Origin: an uncultured Planctomycetota bacterium
GTDB taxonomy: Bacteria > Planctomycetota > B143-G9
Direction: 5' to 3'
Assembly: GCA_964571525.1 (NCBI GenBank)
Contig: CAZNBY010000003.1
Span: 40,308-104,307 of the forward strand
Length of the DNA: 64,000 nucleotides
Of the stretch, positions 18,353-28,393 are shown piece by piece. The notes beneath the pieces are model-generated. The model made no database searches. It was given only the letters and a program-made list of their open reading frames with translations, and had not been told where the DNA came from. A program made the translations under genes and the position numbers. The first letter of the stretch is position 1; each line of letters starts with the position of its first letter.

Positions 18353-19218
18353 CTTGCCATCCTTTGCTTAATTGAATAGACCAATGCACCAGCGATCAAT
18401 GCTGTAAGAAGGAGCAAAGTAGCGATCGCGCTCGAATAACCGAACCGCATCGAGTTTATACCGGTCTTGAAAAGGTATGTGCTTAGAAGCTCGCTCGAAT
18501 GGTGCGGCCCGCCGCGCGTCATTATGTACACGAGGTCGAAGTACTTCAGCGAACCCAATACCGCAAGCAATACGACCAGCTTAAGCGAGGGGAAAATCTC
18601 AGGCAATGTGATGTGCCAGAACCTGCGCCAAGGCCCTGCGCCATCGAGAGAAGCCGCCTCATACAATGACTTGTCAACCGCAGAAAGCGCGGCGAGAAGT
18701 ATCATCATGTGAAATCCAATGTAACGCCATGAAATCGCGGCAATAAGCGATGGCATCACAAGCGTCTCGCTGCCAAGCCAGTCGGGCGATAGGCCGAAAG
18801 CGACCTTCAATATGTTGTTCAACGGTCCTTCAAATGGATTGTATAAAAGCGCGAACAGCGTCGCGATGACGACGCTCGGAAGCACCATCGGAGAGAAGGC
18901 AAGTGACCGCATAATCTTAGATACTCTGGTGCTGTGCAAAAACGCCAATGCAAGCCCAAGGGCAATGGGGATCTGAATGGCGACCGACGCAATGGCGAGC
19001 ATTATGTTGTTGAAAAGTGCGCGGTAAAAGACAGGATCTTTAAGCAGTTCGGCATAGTTGGCAAATCCGCAAGGGCGAGCGCCTGAACCTGATCCTGTCC
19101 AGTCGAAAAACGAAAACGAGACAGACATGGCGACCGGCAGAAGCACAAACGCGCCATATAGCGCCAGTGCAGGCGTTAGAAAAGAGTAAGACTGAAGGTT
19201 ACTGCTTTCGCGCCTCAT
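18349..19218 (-). CDS. Carbohydrate ABC transporter permease, UgpA/MalF type
   Basis: Polytopic permease with the EAA loop EAASLDGAGPWRRFWHITLPEI. It overlaps the downstream permease by 4 bp. Confidence 0.85.
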   Translation of the reverse strand: MRRESSNLQSYSFLTPALALYGAFVLLPVAMSVSFSFFDWTGSGSGARPCGFANYAELLKDPVFYRALFNNIMLAIASVAIQIPIALGLALAFLHSTRVSKIMRSLAFSPMVLPSVVIATLFALLYNPFEGPLNNILKVAFGLSPDWLGSETLVMPSLIAAISWRYIGFHMMILLAALSAVDKSLYEAASLDGAGPWRRFWHITLPEIFPSLKLVVLLAVLGSLKYFDLVYIMTRGGPHHSSELLSTYLFKTGINSMRFGYSSAIATLLLLTALIAGALVYSIKQRMAR

Positions 19219-20492
19219 CTCGCTCGTATCTTCGCCGCTGCGGCTTCCATCTCGTCACAAACCTGCTGTGGAGTCATCTTGCCAGAAAGAAGGCTCTGCA
19301 CGGTCTCCTTGTGTTTCTCGCCAAGCTCTGGGGGAAGAAGCTGATCGAAATAAAGCTGCACAAAACTCGCCTCTTCCAACACTTTCATCGCCTCTTTCGT
19401 AAGTTTCGAAAAGCTTGTGTCTGGTGCACCTTTTACGGCGGGCATTCTGCCAGTCGCAGCCCATTCGATGGCGAACTTGGTGTCAGAAAGGTACTTCAAC
19501 AGCTCTTTTGCCATTTCTGGATTTTTGCATTTAGCGCTGACGGCAAACGCGCAGTTAGTGCCACCGACTACCGCTTTGTTATCGCCCATCGTAGCGTCGC
19601 TCATTGCAGGGAAGGGGAAGCAACCAAGGTCATCAAGCATCTCAGGAGCCTCACTTACCGCACGCGCAATCATCCATGTGCCCATAACGGTCATAGCAGC
19701 CTTTCCGGTAAACAACAGACGGCGGGCCGCGTCATCCTTCATACCCTGAAATCCCATATTAAAGCAATTCTTATCGAGCATCATCTTGACCATTTCGCCC
19801 GCCTTAACAAACCCCGCGTTTTTAAACGCATTGGGAAGGTTAGCCTCGACAGACATACCGAGTGTGCGCCCGCCAGCCCTCACTGCGCCGTAAACATAGA
19901 AAAAGCATCCCGGCCACTGTTCAGCATTGCCGAGTGCGATAGGCTCTATGCCTTTATCGCGAAGCTTTTCGCAGATTGAAACAAGCTCTTCGAAGGTCTG
20001 TGGGACAGTCAAGTTGTTCTCTGCAAACATCTTTTTGTTGTAGAAGACGGGCACAATCGAAAGGTCAACTGGAACGCATGCGGCGCGGTTTCCAATATTG
20101 GCGAAGGAAAGTGATGCGGAAGGAAAGCGATTCTTGAATTCGGTATCGGCGAAAAGGTCATCAAGAGGAAGCACAAGACCCTCATCGAGCCTCTGTTTCA
20201 GCACACCGCCACCCCATGTATGGAAAATGTCAGGCGCGCTGTCGCTCTTGAATGCAAGCTCTATTTTGGTTTTGAACGCATCATTCTTTATCTCATTCAC
20301 CTCGACGATTACCTTGGGGTGATCCGCTTCGAATCGCTTGACCGCAGCAGCGATAACATCCTTTGGCGGCGAATAGTTCATGATATGCCAGAATGTGAGC
20401 TTTGTGGCCTCTTTCTCAACAGCATAGCGGCTGGCGATAATTGCACCGACAACCACAGCAGCCACGATAACAAGCAGCAGAATCTTTTTCAT
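19215..20492 (-). CDS. Extracellular solute-binding protein (family 1) of a sugar ABC transporter
   Basis: The ORF track gives 19215..20540. The likely true start is MKKILLLVIVAAVVVGAIIA, a signal peptide about 16 codons downstream. Sequence is typical of a family-1 solute-binding protein. Confidence 0.75.
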   Translation of the reverse strand: MKKILLLVIVAAVVVGAIIASRYAVEKEATKLTFWHIMNYSPPKDVIAAAVKRFEADHPKVIVEVNEIKNDAFKTKIELAFKSDSAPDIFHTWGGGVLKQRLDEGLVLPLDDLFADTEFKNRFPSASLSFANIGNRAACVPVDLSIVPVFYNKKMFAENNLTVPQTFEELVSICEKLRDKGIEPIALGNAEQWPGCFFYVYGAVRAGGRTLGMSVEANLPNAFKNAGFVKAGEMVKMMLDKNCFNMGFQGMKDDAARRLLFTGKAAMTVMGTWMIARAVSEAPEMLDDLGCFPFPAMSDATMGDNKAVVGGTNCAFAVSAKCKNPEMAKELLKYLSDTKFAIEWAATGRMPAVKGAPDTSFSKLTKEAMKVLEEASFVQLYFDQLLPPELGEKHKETVQSLLSGKMTPQQVCDEMEAAAAKIRAR

Positions 20493-20503
20493 AATAACCT
20501 CGT

Positions 20504-21547
20504 CTATGCCAATCGAACGCCCGTTGTTGCGTCGAACCACATTGCGTCTTCAAAGGGAATATCATACAACACAAGTCGAGAAATGCTTTCTGGTCTTTCG
20601 CTGGTAACCGCCGCATACCGCCTGCCTTTGCAGTCAAAGTGCAGTACTGTTCGGTTGCCCTGATACTCGGTTGAGATCACATCTCCCGCTAAAATTCCAC
20701 TGGATGACGGTCTCATGCGCTCAGGTCGAATCAACAACAGCACTTTTCCGATTAGCAAAGCTGGGCACTTCATTGTGAATCCAAGTTCGCAGCGAAACTC
20801 CCCTTTTTCGCAAATTCCCGTAAACTCATTAGCCTTCGGTTTGCCTAAAAATGTGGCTACGAAGACCGAACTTGGCGAATCATATATCGCGCGTGGCGTA
20901 TCGAACTGCCTTAGTGCGCCGTTCTCTATCACCGCGGTGCGATCTGCGAGCGTCATGGCCTCTGCCTGATCATGTGTAACATAAAGCGCGGTTGCATTGA
21001 GGCTTTTTAACAATGAACGAAGCTCTACTCTAAGGCTCTCACGCAATCCAGCGTCAAGGTTTGAAAGTGGTTCATCAAAAAGAAACAGTGCGGGTCTTCG
21101 GACAATTGCTCGCCCAAGCGCGATGCGTTGCCTCTCGCCACCCGAGCATTCGGCAGGCCGTTTGTCGAGCAGCTTGGTGATATCAAGCATTTCGGCGGTT
21201 TGTTCAACAGCTCTTTTCACATCATTTGGGAAAATCTTCGCAATATTCAGCGCAAATTCCATGTTCTGCCGAGCCGTCATGTGAGGGTAGAGCGCATAGT
21301 TCTGAAAGACCATGGCAATATTGCGGGAATGCGGCGGGATACTTGAAATATCGCGGTTTGAAAGACGAATATAGCCAGAATCAGGAACCTCAAGACCAGC
21401 AAGAAGGCGAAGAAAGGTGGTCTTTCCGCATCCCGACGGCCCAAGCAGGACGATTATCTCACCTTCAGATGCGGAAAGCGAAATTCCGTCAACAGCAATT
21501 TTGCCGTCAAAGTTTTTTTTAAGGTCTTGAACTTCTAAAAAAGCCAT
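20504..21547 (-). CDS. ABC transporter ATP-binding protein, MalK/UgpC type
   Basis: MAFLEVQDLKKNF...GPSGCGKTT (Walker A), LSGGERQRIALGRAI (signature), LFLFDEPLSNLD (Walker B), and a C-terminal TOBE-like domain. The start was trimmed to the MAFLEV methionine. Confidence 0.85.
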   Translation of the reverse strand: MAFLEVQDLKKNFDGKIAVDGISLSASEGEIIVLLGPSGCGKTTFLRLLAGLEVPDSGYIRLSNRDISSIPPHSRNIAMVFQNYALYPHMTARQNMEFALNIAKIFPNDVKRAVEQTAEMLDITKLLDKRPAECSGGERQRIALGRAIVRRPALFLFDEPLSNLDAGLRESLRVELRSLLKSLNATALYVTHDQAEAMTLADRTAVIENGALRQFDTPRAIYDSPSSVFVATFLGKPKANEFTGICEKGEFRCELGFTMKCPALLIGKVLLLIRPERMRPSSSGILAGDVISTEYQGNRTVLHFDCKGRRYAAVTSERPESISRLVLYDIPFEDAMWFDATTGVRLA

Positions 21548-21588
21548 CTGTCTCCCCAAGTTCTTGGGCAAAAGGGGTCATAAAGGAG

Positions 21589-21609
21589 TTTCCTACAAGT
21601 TATCAACAA
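21589..21609. repeat. First copy of a 21-nt direct repeat, TTTCCTACAAGTTATCAACAA
   Basis: Identical 21-mer at 21589-21609 and 21784-21804, both in the same orientation. This copy sits about 40 bp upstream of the ABC ATPase start. Confidence 0.6.
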
Positions 21610-21783
21610 ATCTATCAAAATCGGCGGGAAAAAATTCACCGCCGGTTAAATTTAAGTTAGATAAGCGTTTCAGACTTGACCGATTCACAAATGGCTTAGA
21701 TACTTGCTTCCACGCTTGTCTGTGCCAAAAGCCTTTCGGGCTTTTTCAGTGCTTGATGCGACAATCTGATGGAACGCGCAAAC

Positions 21784-21804
21784 TTTCCTACAAGTTATCA
21801 ACAA
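21784..21804. repeat. Second copy of the 21-nt direct repeat, TTTCCTACAAGTTATCAACAA
   Basis: Exact copy of the first, 195 bp away, about 20 bp downstream of the amidohydrolase stop. A hairpin aaagcctttcgggcttt lies between the two copies at about 21730-21748. Confidence 0.6.
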
Positions 21805-21823
21805 TTCCCAAGACATTTTGAAG

Positions 21824-23281
21824 CTACATTTTTGATGCCAAAAAACGCCCAAAAAAGTCGTGCTGAAAGCCGCAACCTATCGTGGGTACCCCGTGCAAAT
21901 ACACATATCTTGCGGCTCCGCGCAAGGTCATCCCTTCGTACGGAGTCCAAGCACTTTTTGACGCGCAAATTTTCGCCGAGACACTCACTTTTCCATCTAA
22001 CGAAATTACGCTGAAATGGGCTATTTTGCCTGTTTCTAAGCTTGTCAAGTCGAGTTTTGCTATTCGTCGCGGATTTGTGCAAAGAAGCTCTTCGAGCCTT
22101 TCGAGCGAAACAAAACCACGATGATAGAATTCGATTGCCCAGGGTATCAGGTGCTCAACTCCAGGGAGACCTGCGGGAGCTTGTTCAAAGCTCTTTGACT
22201 TTTCATCGAAAAGATGCGGTGCGTGGTCGGATTGCAGCACATCAATTGTGCCGTTGGCAAGCGCTTTACGAAGTGCTTCAACATGGCGATTTGCACGCAG
22301 AGGAGGGTTGACCTTGAGGAATGACGGTGAATGTTTCGCGTCCTCGTTTGTCAAAACAAGGTGATGCGGGCAGACGGCTGCGCTGACTGGCAGCCCCTTG
22401 TTCTTGGCCTTTACAACCTCAACAACGCTTTCGGCGCAACTTAAGTGGAAGAGGTGAATATGAGCCTTTGTGTCGCGTGCGAGCCTTATCGCCGCCTTTA
22501 CAGACTCAACCTCTGAAACGCAAGGGCGGTTTGCATCGTGGTCGGTTGTCTTCGCCTTTGGAAAGAAATCAGGATCTTCTGCATGAACAGCTATGGGAAG
22601 ACCTTTCTCTGCCGCGATTTCTGCGGCTTTTTCCCAAACAGACTTGTCAGACACGCCGATGTCGCCTGTAGAATGACCGAGAAATAGCTTGAAACCCGCG
22701 CATAGCGGCGCACACTCTGAAAGCGTATCGAGATTTGTAGCCAGCACATTCGCGTAAAAACCGAAATCAACAAGGCTCTTTTTGCTGACAAAATCGCGCT
22801 TGGCAATAAGCGCGGATGCATTCGTGCAGAATGGCGGGCTGTTTTGTACCTCAATCACACCTGTTATTCCACCGCGCAACGCTGAAAGTGAACCGCTTTC
22901 CCATCCTTCCTTGTACGCAACAGGGCCGGGTTCGCGAAAATGCACATGATTGTCTATTGGGCCGGGGAGCGCAATGCAGCCCTCGCAATCGAGGATTTCT
23001 GCACCTTCTGGGGGAGAGATTGTGTCGGTGGGTGTGATGGATTCAAAGACACCGTTCTTTATATGCACATCGCGAATGCCCTTGTTAGGGCCGCTTATCA
23101 CCTTCAATCGTGTCAGGAAGTGTTCTTTCAATCTTGTACCTCTTGATACGGTATAATCAACAGACAGGTCTGTTCTTTCGATGCGCGTTTTCGACAGAAG
23201 CCGATACGGTGCTGTTTCTACCGAAAAAGTAACTGAAGAAATGAATCTTAGCGCTAAGGTATTATAATAGCTTTCGAGCAA
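21824..23281 (-). CDS. Cyclic amidohydrolase, dihydroorotase-like (dihydroorotase/allantoinase family)
   Basis: Metal-binding motif IDNHVHFREPG and further conserved blocks of the amidohydrolase fold (GFKLFLGHSTGD, AVHAED, LFHLS). The annotated N-terminal 60 aa or so look like an over-extension; the true start is probably further downstream. Confidence 0.7.
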   Translation of the reverse strand: MLESYYNTLALRFISSVTFSVETAPYRLLSKTRIERTDLSVDYTVSRGTRLKEHFLTRLKVISGPNKGIRDVHIKNGVFESITPTDTISPPEGAEILDCEGCIALPGPIDNHVHFREPGPVAYKEGWESGSLSALRGGITGVIEVQNSPPFCTNASALIAKRDFVSKKSLVDFGFYANVLATNLDTLSECAPLCAGFKLFLGHSTGDIGVSDKSVWEKAAEIAAEKGLPIAVHAEDPDFFPKAKTTDHDANRPCVSEVESVKAAIRLARDTKAHIHLFHLSCAESVVEVVKAKNKGLPVSAAVCPHHLVLTNEDAKHSPSFLKVNPPLRANRHVEALRKALANGTIDVLQSDHAPHLFDEKSKSFEQAPAGLPGVEHLIPWAIEFYHRGFVSLERLEELLCTNPRRIAKLDLTSLETGKIAHFSVISLDGKVSVSAKICASKSAWTPYEGMTLRGAARYVYLHGVPTIGCGFQHDFFGRFLASKM

Positions 23282-23404
23282 ACAAGCTTGCTGTTCTCGG
23301 CTTTTTTCATTGCGCTGCAGACATTGCTTACAGACCGTTTTGCGCGAGTCAGACAGCCTGTTCGCCAGAAGTATAGCGCGACGACAAACTACCGAAAGGC
23401 AAAC

Positions 23405-24787
23405 ATGGAGTTCGCGAATCCACTTTCAACGATCCCAAACAGAACGATGTCGCTTGTAGCCAACCTTCACACGCTTATTAAGCTCCGTTGGCTGGCGATA
23501 GTCGGTGTCGTCTGCGCGCTTGGTCTTGCCTATTGGTTCGGCCTGAATCTTCCATTCAAGACGCATCTCCTTCTTACTTCCGCGCTTCTTGCTTTAAACA
23601 TTGCCTATTTGGTTGCGCTAAAAAGTGTATCGGGAAAAGAGCAGAACAGCGACGAATATGTTGATGACGGCAAATTGCCCCGACCGCTACTCGCTATACT
23701 ATTCGCCCAGATTGCGTGCGACTGGCTTCTGCTGACAGCTTTCTTACACTTTTCCGGTGGCATGATGAATCCGTTCCTCATAATCTTCGTGCTGCACATG
23801 ATTATCGGGGTCAGTCTGCTCGAGTTCAACTTAACCTTTATTCTTGCATCATTCGGCATGATTCTAATTGCCTCGACAACGGCGCTTGAATACTACGGTC
23901 TTCTTGCGTATCATCCGCTTATACCCTCTCTTCCGGCAATATCCGAGCTTCCGCTTTTCTATGTAATCGGCATGTTGGCTGCCTTGGCGATCGTGTTGAC
24001 CATTTCGGGCGGCATAACCTATACTCTCGTTCAGGGAATACGCGAACGGGAACGCAAGCTGTACAAGATGTCACAAGACCTTGTTGCTTTGTCAAAACTG
24101 CGTTCTGAGTTCTTGTTCCGCGTAACTCACGAGCTGAAATCACCCGTCGCCGCGATGATGTCGGCTGTTGACGCTGTTTCAATTCTTGGTGGTGATTGCC
24201 TTGACGAGAAGGCGCTCGATATGCTCACGCGAATACGGCGTCGGGGTGAGGGCTTGCTGAATCTCATTAAAGACCTACTTGAGATTGCGCGACTTTCCAC
24301 ACCATCATTTGAAGTTGAGATGAAAGACCTGAACACTGCTGATATCCTTCGCATGATCTGCGAGACAGAAGAATTCAAGGCTCAGGAAAAGGGCATTGAG
24401 CTAAAGGTTGATATATCGGCGCAACCGGTTGTGCATGGTGATGAAAGCGCACTTCGCGAGGTGTTTTCAAACCTTGTTTCCAATGCGGTACGATACACGC
24501 CTGAGAAGGGAAGGGTAACAGTCAGCTTGTCTTTGGAAAGCGGGAAAATGAAGCTTGTCGTCACCGACACGGGCATTGGCATTTCAGAGGAGGATCAGAA
24601 GAAGTTGTTTTCTGAGTTCTTCCGTGCTGCAAACGCGAAAAAATTCACCCCTGCCGGCACCGGCCTTGGCCTTGCAATAACAAAGCAACACATCGAGCGT
24701 ATGGGCGGGACGATTTCGGTATCATCGAAATTGAATGAAGGCACGACCTTTGCAATCGTCTTACCCGCTGTAAACGCTGGGAGATAG
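23405..24787 (+). CDS. Membrane-bound sensor histidine kinase
   Basis: Multiple TM helices, then the HisKA H-box VTHELKSPVAAMMSAV and HATPase_c motifs (VFSNLVSNAVRYT, DTGIGI, GTGLGLAI). The ORF track starts at 23288, but the in-frame ATG at 23405 (MEFANPL) avoids a 6-bp divergent overlap with the neighbouring gene. Confidence 0.75.
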   Translation: MEFANPLSTIPNRTMSLVANLHTLIKLRWLAIVGVVCALGLAYWFGLNLPFKTHLLLTSALLALNIAYLVALKSVSGKEQNSDEYVDDGKLPRPLLAILFAQIACDWLLLTAFLHFSGGMMNPFLIIFVLHMIIGVSLLEFNLTFILASFGMILIASTTALEYYGLLAYHPLIPSLPAISELPLFYVIGMLAALAIVLTISGGITYTLVQGIRERERKLYKMSQDLVALSKLRSEFLFRVTHELKSPVAAMMSAVDAVSILGGDCLDEKALDMLTRIRRRGEGLLNLIKDLLEIARLSTPSFEVEMKDLNTADILRMICETEEFKAQEKGIELKVDISAQPVVHGDESALREVFSNLVSNAVRYTPEKGRVTVSLSLESGKMKLVVTDTGIGISEEDQKKLFSEFFRAANAKKFTPAGTGLGLAITKQHIERMGGTISVSSKLNEGTTFAIVLPAVNAGR

Positions 24788-24793
24788 AGAATA

Positions 24794-27700
24794 ATGCTTC
24801 CATTTGCGCATTTGCATGTTCACACAGATTACTCGCTGCTCGACGGCGCTTGTGAGATTAACAAGCTTGTTCGAAAAGTCGCATCGCTTGGGCATACCCA
24901 CATCGCCATAACAGACCATGGAAACATGCATGGCGCGCTTGAGTTCTATCGAGCCGCACAAAGGGCTTCGTTAAGACCTATAATTGGATACGAAGCCTAT
25001 ATGGCGCAAAACACACTTCACGACAAAGAACTGACTCCAAACGGAGATTATGCCTATCACCTGACGCTTCTTGCCGCAGATGAAGAAGGTTACAAGAATC
25101 TTTGCCGACTGGCGAGCATCGCGAGCATAGAGGGTTTCTACTATAAGCCTCGCATTGATTTCGAAACGCTTAAAAAGAACTCCGACGGTTTGATATGTCT
25201 GTCTGGCTGTCTTGGCGGGCAGATTCCATTTCACCTTGTCAACGGCGAGCTTGCCGTTGCTCGGCAATTGGCTGAAAAGTATCGCGAACTGTTTGGCGAT
25301 AGGTATTATTTCGAGCTGCAGAATCATGGTATTGACAGACAGAAGACCGTAAATGAGGGGCTTCTTGCATTGTCGCGCGAGCTTGATATCCCTGTTGTAG
25401 CTACCAACGATGCGCACTATATAAACAGCGATGATAGCTATGCGCATGAGGTGTTACTGTGCGTTGGTACAAAGAAACGGATTAACGATAGAGACCGTAT
25501 GAGATTCGATGGAACTGAATTCTACATAAAGAGCACTGAGCAGATGCTCGACGCTTTTCCCGACAACCCCGAGGCCTTGGAAAATACGCAGGTGGTTGCT
25601 GAGAGGTGTAGGCTCTCGCTCACACAAACAGGATTTGTCATTCCAGGATATTCCGATGGCTCTGGCCTTTCCGCGCATGATCTGTTCAGAAAGCTTTCGT
25701 ATGAGGGCACCGAAAAAAGATACGGCAAGGAAAGGAGCAAGGATGTTGATGAAAGGCTCGAATACGAACTGAAGTGCATTGCCGATATGGGCTTCGAGAC
25801 TTATTTCTTGATCGTTCAGGATTTCGTCGCCTACGCAAAGAACAACGGCATACCGGTTGGGCCGGGAAGGGGATCAGCTGCAGGGAGCCTCGTCGCATAC
25901 GCATTGGGAATTACAGACCTTGACCCACTTAGGTTCGATCTAATCTTCGAGCGCTTCTTGAATCCGGGCCGCATTCAGATGCCCGATATTGACATTGATT
26001 TTTGCCAAGAAAAGCGCCATCTGGTGCTTGATTATGTTGTCAACAAATATGGCGCAGAAAATGTTGCGCAAGTTGTGACCTTCGGAACCCTTGGTGCAAA
26101 AGCAGTTGTCCGTGATGTCGGTAGGGTTTTGGAGATGCCGCAGCCGCTGATAAACCGCATTGCAAAGCTGATCCCCGGCGCACCCGGTACGACACTTGAA
26201 AAGGCGATACAGTCGTCCACAGAGCTTCGGGAGATGATTGCAGGAAATAAGGAGATCGAGAACCTGTTCAATGTGTCAAGCAGACTCGAAGGCCTTTCCC
26301 GTAACGCTTCTGTTCACGCCGCTGCGGTTGTGATTTGCGATAAACCCTTGTACAACTACTTGCCGCTCAGCCGTGCCAAGAAGGAAACCGGCGACGAGCA
26401 AGCGATAGTAACACAATATTCAAAGGATTGGGTCGAGGAGATCGGCCTTCTCAAGATGGACTTTCTCGGCCTTGCTATGCTCACAACTCTTGAATATGCG
26501 CAGCGAAGCATCGAAGAGTCCGCTGGCAAGAAGGTGGTTTACGACGAAGCTCTTGCTGACCCAAAGACATACGAGTTGCTTTGCTCTGGTCACACGATGG
26601 GCATATTTCAGCTCGAATCGCGAGGTATGCGCGAGCTTGTGCGAAAGCTAAGACCAGATTGTTTCGAAGACATCTCTGCGGTGCTTGCGTTATATCGCCC
26701 CGGACCACTTGGTGGCGGCATGGTTGATTCATTCATCAAGCGCAAGCATGGCAAAGAGCCTATCGAGTACATGCACCCAATCCTCGAACCTATCCTTAGA
26801 AGCACTTACGGTGTGATCCTTTATCAGGAACAGGTGATACGAATCGCGAGCGTTGTCGGTGGTTTTACTCTTTCTGAAGCCGACAAACTTCGAAAGGCGA
26901 TGGGCAAAAAGATACCTGAGATTATGGATAACTACAAGCGCAAGTTCGTCGAAAACGCACCCAATCAGGGTGTATCAGCCGAAATAGCCGATAAGCTATT
27001 CGACTACATTCTGAACTTTGCCGGTTACGGTTTTAATAAGTCGCATTCGGCAGCCTATGCCGTTCTAACATATCGCTCTGCGTATCTCAAAGCCCACTAT
27101 CCACTTGAGTTTATGGCAGCGGTTATTTCTTCGGTACTCAACGATACCGATAGGTTGCTTGATCGCCTTGAGGAGTGTAGGCAGGCAGGATACGAAGCCT
27201 TGCCGCCCGATATAAACCGGTCGAAGGAAGTATTCTGCAAAGAAGGCAAGCGTGGAGTCAGATTTGGACTTGCGGCAATCAAGGGTGTCGGCTATCGTGC
27301 CGCAACAAACATCGTCGAAGAGGCAAAGAAAAAGCCTTTTTCGGGCATATTCGAGTTCTGCGAACGGGTGGATCTGAAGATAATCAATAAGGGCACGATT
27401 GAAGCCCTAATCAATGCTGGCGCCATGGATTGTCTTCCCGGCAACAGAAGGCAGAAGATAACCGTGTTAGAGGAGGCCATTACCTCAGCACAAAGCCAGC
27501 AAGCCGATGCTGATATTGGTCAGATGAACCTGTTCGGGGGGGACTCCTCTCCTGTATCAAAGGATATTCTGCCAAAGATGCCTGATTTTACTGAAGAGGA
27601 GTTGCTGCAGCGTGAATCAACAGCACTTGGTTTTTTCCTTACAAAGCACCCGGTAAGTCGGTACGAGGAACTTGCTTCGACCTTTATCACTTGCCGCATA

Positions 27701-28393
27701 AAAGACATCCATTCAGCGGCGGGCGAGGGCTTTTCGTCAGGTGGAATAGAAGACCTTGTGATTGACGATGTATTAGGTGAAAACGAGATTGAACAGGATA
27801 CTGCAAAGCTGCCTTCGGATGGCGAATCGGTGCTTCTGATAGTGCGTATCGCATCGCTGCGCAGGAATTCGACTCGCGACGGTAAGCAGATGGCGGTCAT
27901 GACTATCGAAGACGCAACTGGTTCGATGGACGCTGTCGCATTTCCAGAAGTATGGACCCGTTTGAGCAACGAGATGAAGGATATGCCCGCGGACGGGGTC
28001 TTCTTCGTCGGCGGCTACCTCGATTTAACTCGCGAGATGCCTCAGATAGTAATGGAAGAATGTGTGCGTCCAAGCTCTGTAGTTGAAAGACTCACCGACA
28101 CTATTTCGATCGCACTGCCGGACGATGATAAAACTCGCGAGTCAATAAGATGGATAAGCTCTTTTGTTGACCGCAATACCGGCCCAGTTCGCGTATCGTT
28201 GCGTATTCCCTTTGATAAATATGCAGCAAATCTGACCCTTCCCAAGGAATACAAGGTTAAGCTTACGCCACAGGCAATGGCTGAACTGACAGATAAACTT
28301 GGCAAGGATTCATATAAACTGATACCTCGAAGACAATTCAATACCAGTCGGAGGAAAAATGGTTTTGCCTTTCGAAACGGTGATCGTTCTTGA
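24794..28393 (+). CDS. dnaE: DNA polymerase III alpha subunit
   Basis: N-terminal PHP domain (FAHLHVHTDYSLLDGA), polymerase core, OB-fold. Length is 1199 aa. Confidence 0.9.
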   Translation: MLPFAHLHVHTDYSLLDGACEINKLVRKVASLGHTHIAITDHGNMHGALEFYRAAQRASLRPIIGYEAYMAQNTLHDKELTPNGDYAYHLTLLAADEEGYKNLCRLASIASIEGFYYKPRIDFETLKKNSDGLICLSGCLGGQIPFHLVNGELAVARQLAEKYRELFGDRYYFELQNHGIDRQKTVNEGLLALSRELDIPVVATNDAHYINSDDSYAHEVLLCVGTKKRINDRDRMRFDGTEFYIKSTEQMLDAFPDNPEALENTQVVAERCRLSLTQTGFVIPGYSDGSGLSAHDLFRKLSYEGTEKRYGKERSKDVDERLEYELKCIADMGFETYFLIVQDFVAYAKNNGIPVGPGRGSAAGSLVAYALGITDLDPLRFDLIFERFLNPGRIQMPDIDIDFCQEKRHLVLDYVVNKYGAENVAQVVTFGTLGAKAVVRDVGRVLEMPQPLINRIAKLIPGAPGTTLEKAIQSSTELREMIAGNKEIENLFNVSSRLEGLSRNASVHAAAVVICDKPLYNYLPLSRAKKETGDEQAIVTQYSKDWVEEIGLLKMDFLGLAMLTTLEYAQRSIEESAGKKVVYDEALADPKTYELLCSGHTMGIFQLESRGMRELVRKLRPDCFEDISAVLALYRPGPLGGGMVDSFIKRKHGKEPIEYMHPILEPILRSTYGVILYQEQVIRIASVVGGFTLSEADKLRKAMGKKIPEIMDNYKRKFVENAPNQGVSAEIADKLFDYILNFAGYGFNKSHSAAYAVLTYRSAYLKAHYPLEFMAAVISSVLNDTDRLLDRLEECRQAGYEALPPDINRSKEVFCKEGKRGVRFGLAAIKGVGYRAATNIVEEAKKKPFSGIFEFCERVDLKIINKGTIEALINAGAMDCLPGNRRQKITVLEEAITSAQSQQADADIGQMNLFGGDSSPVSKDILPKMPDFTEEELLQRESTALGFFLTKHPVSRYEELASTFITCRIKDIHSAAGEGFSSGGIEDLVIDDVLGENEIEQDTAKLPSDGESVLLIVRIASLRRNSTRDGKQMAVMTIEDATGSMDAVAFPEVWTRLSNEMKDMPADGVFFVGGYLDLTREMPQIVMEECVRPSSVVERLTDTISIALPDDDKTRESIRWISSFVDRNTGPVRVSLRIPFDKYAANLTLPKEYKVKLTPQAMAELTDKLGKDSYKLIPRRQFNTSRRKNGFAFRNGDRS

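Noticed and set aside
21597-21609. DnaA-box-like TTATCAACA inside the 21-nt repeat
   Set aside because: It has one mismatch to TTATNCACA. It is not near an origin or dnaA, and the resemblance is probably coincidental. I kept it only as a generic operator candidate.
23288-23404. Upstream extension of the histidine kinase ORF
   Set aside because: It would leave only 6 bp between two divergent starts. The in-frame ATG at 23405 is the more plausible start. Similarly, the N-terminal 60 codons or so of the amidohydrolase (to 23281) look like an over-extension.
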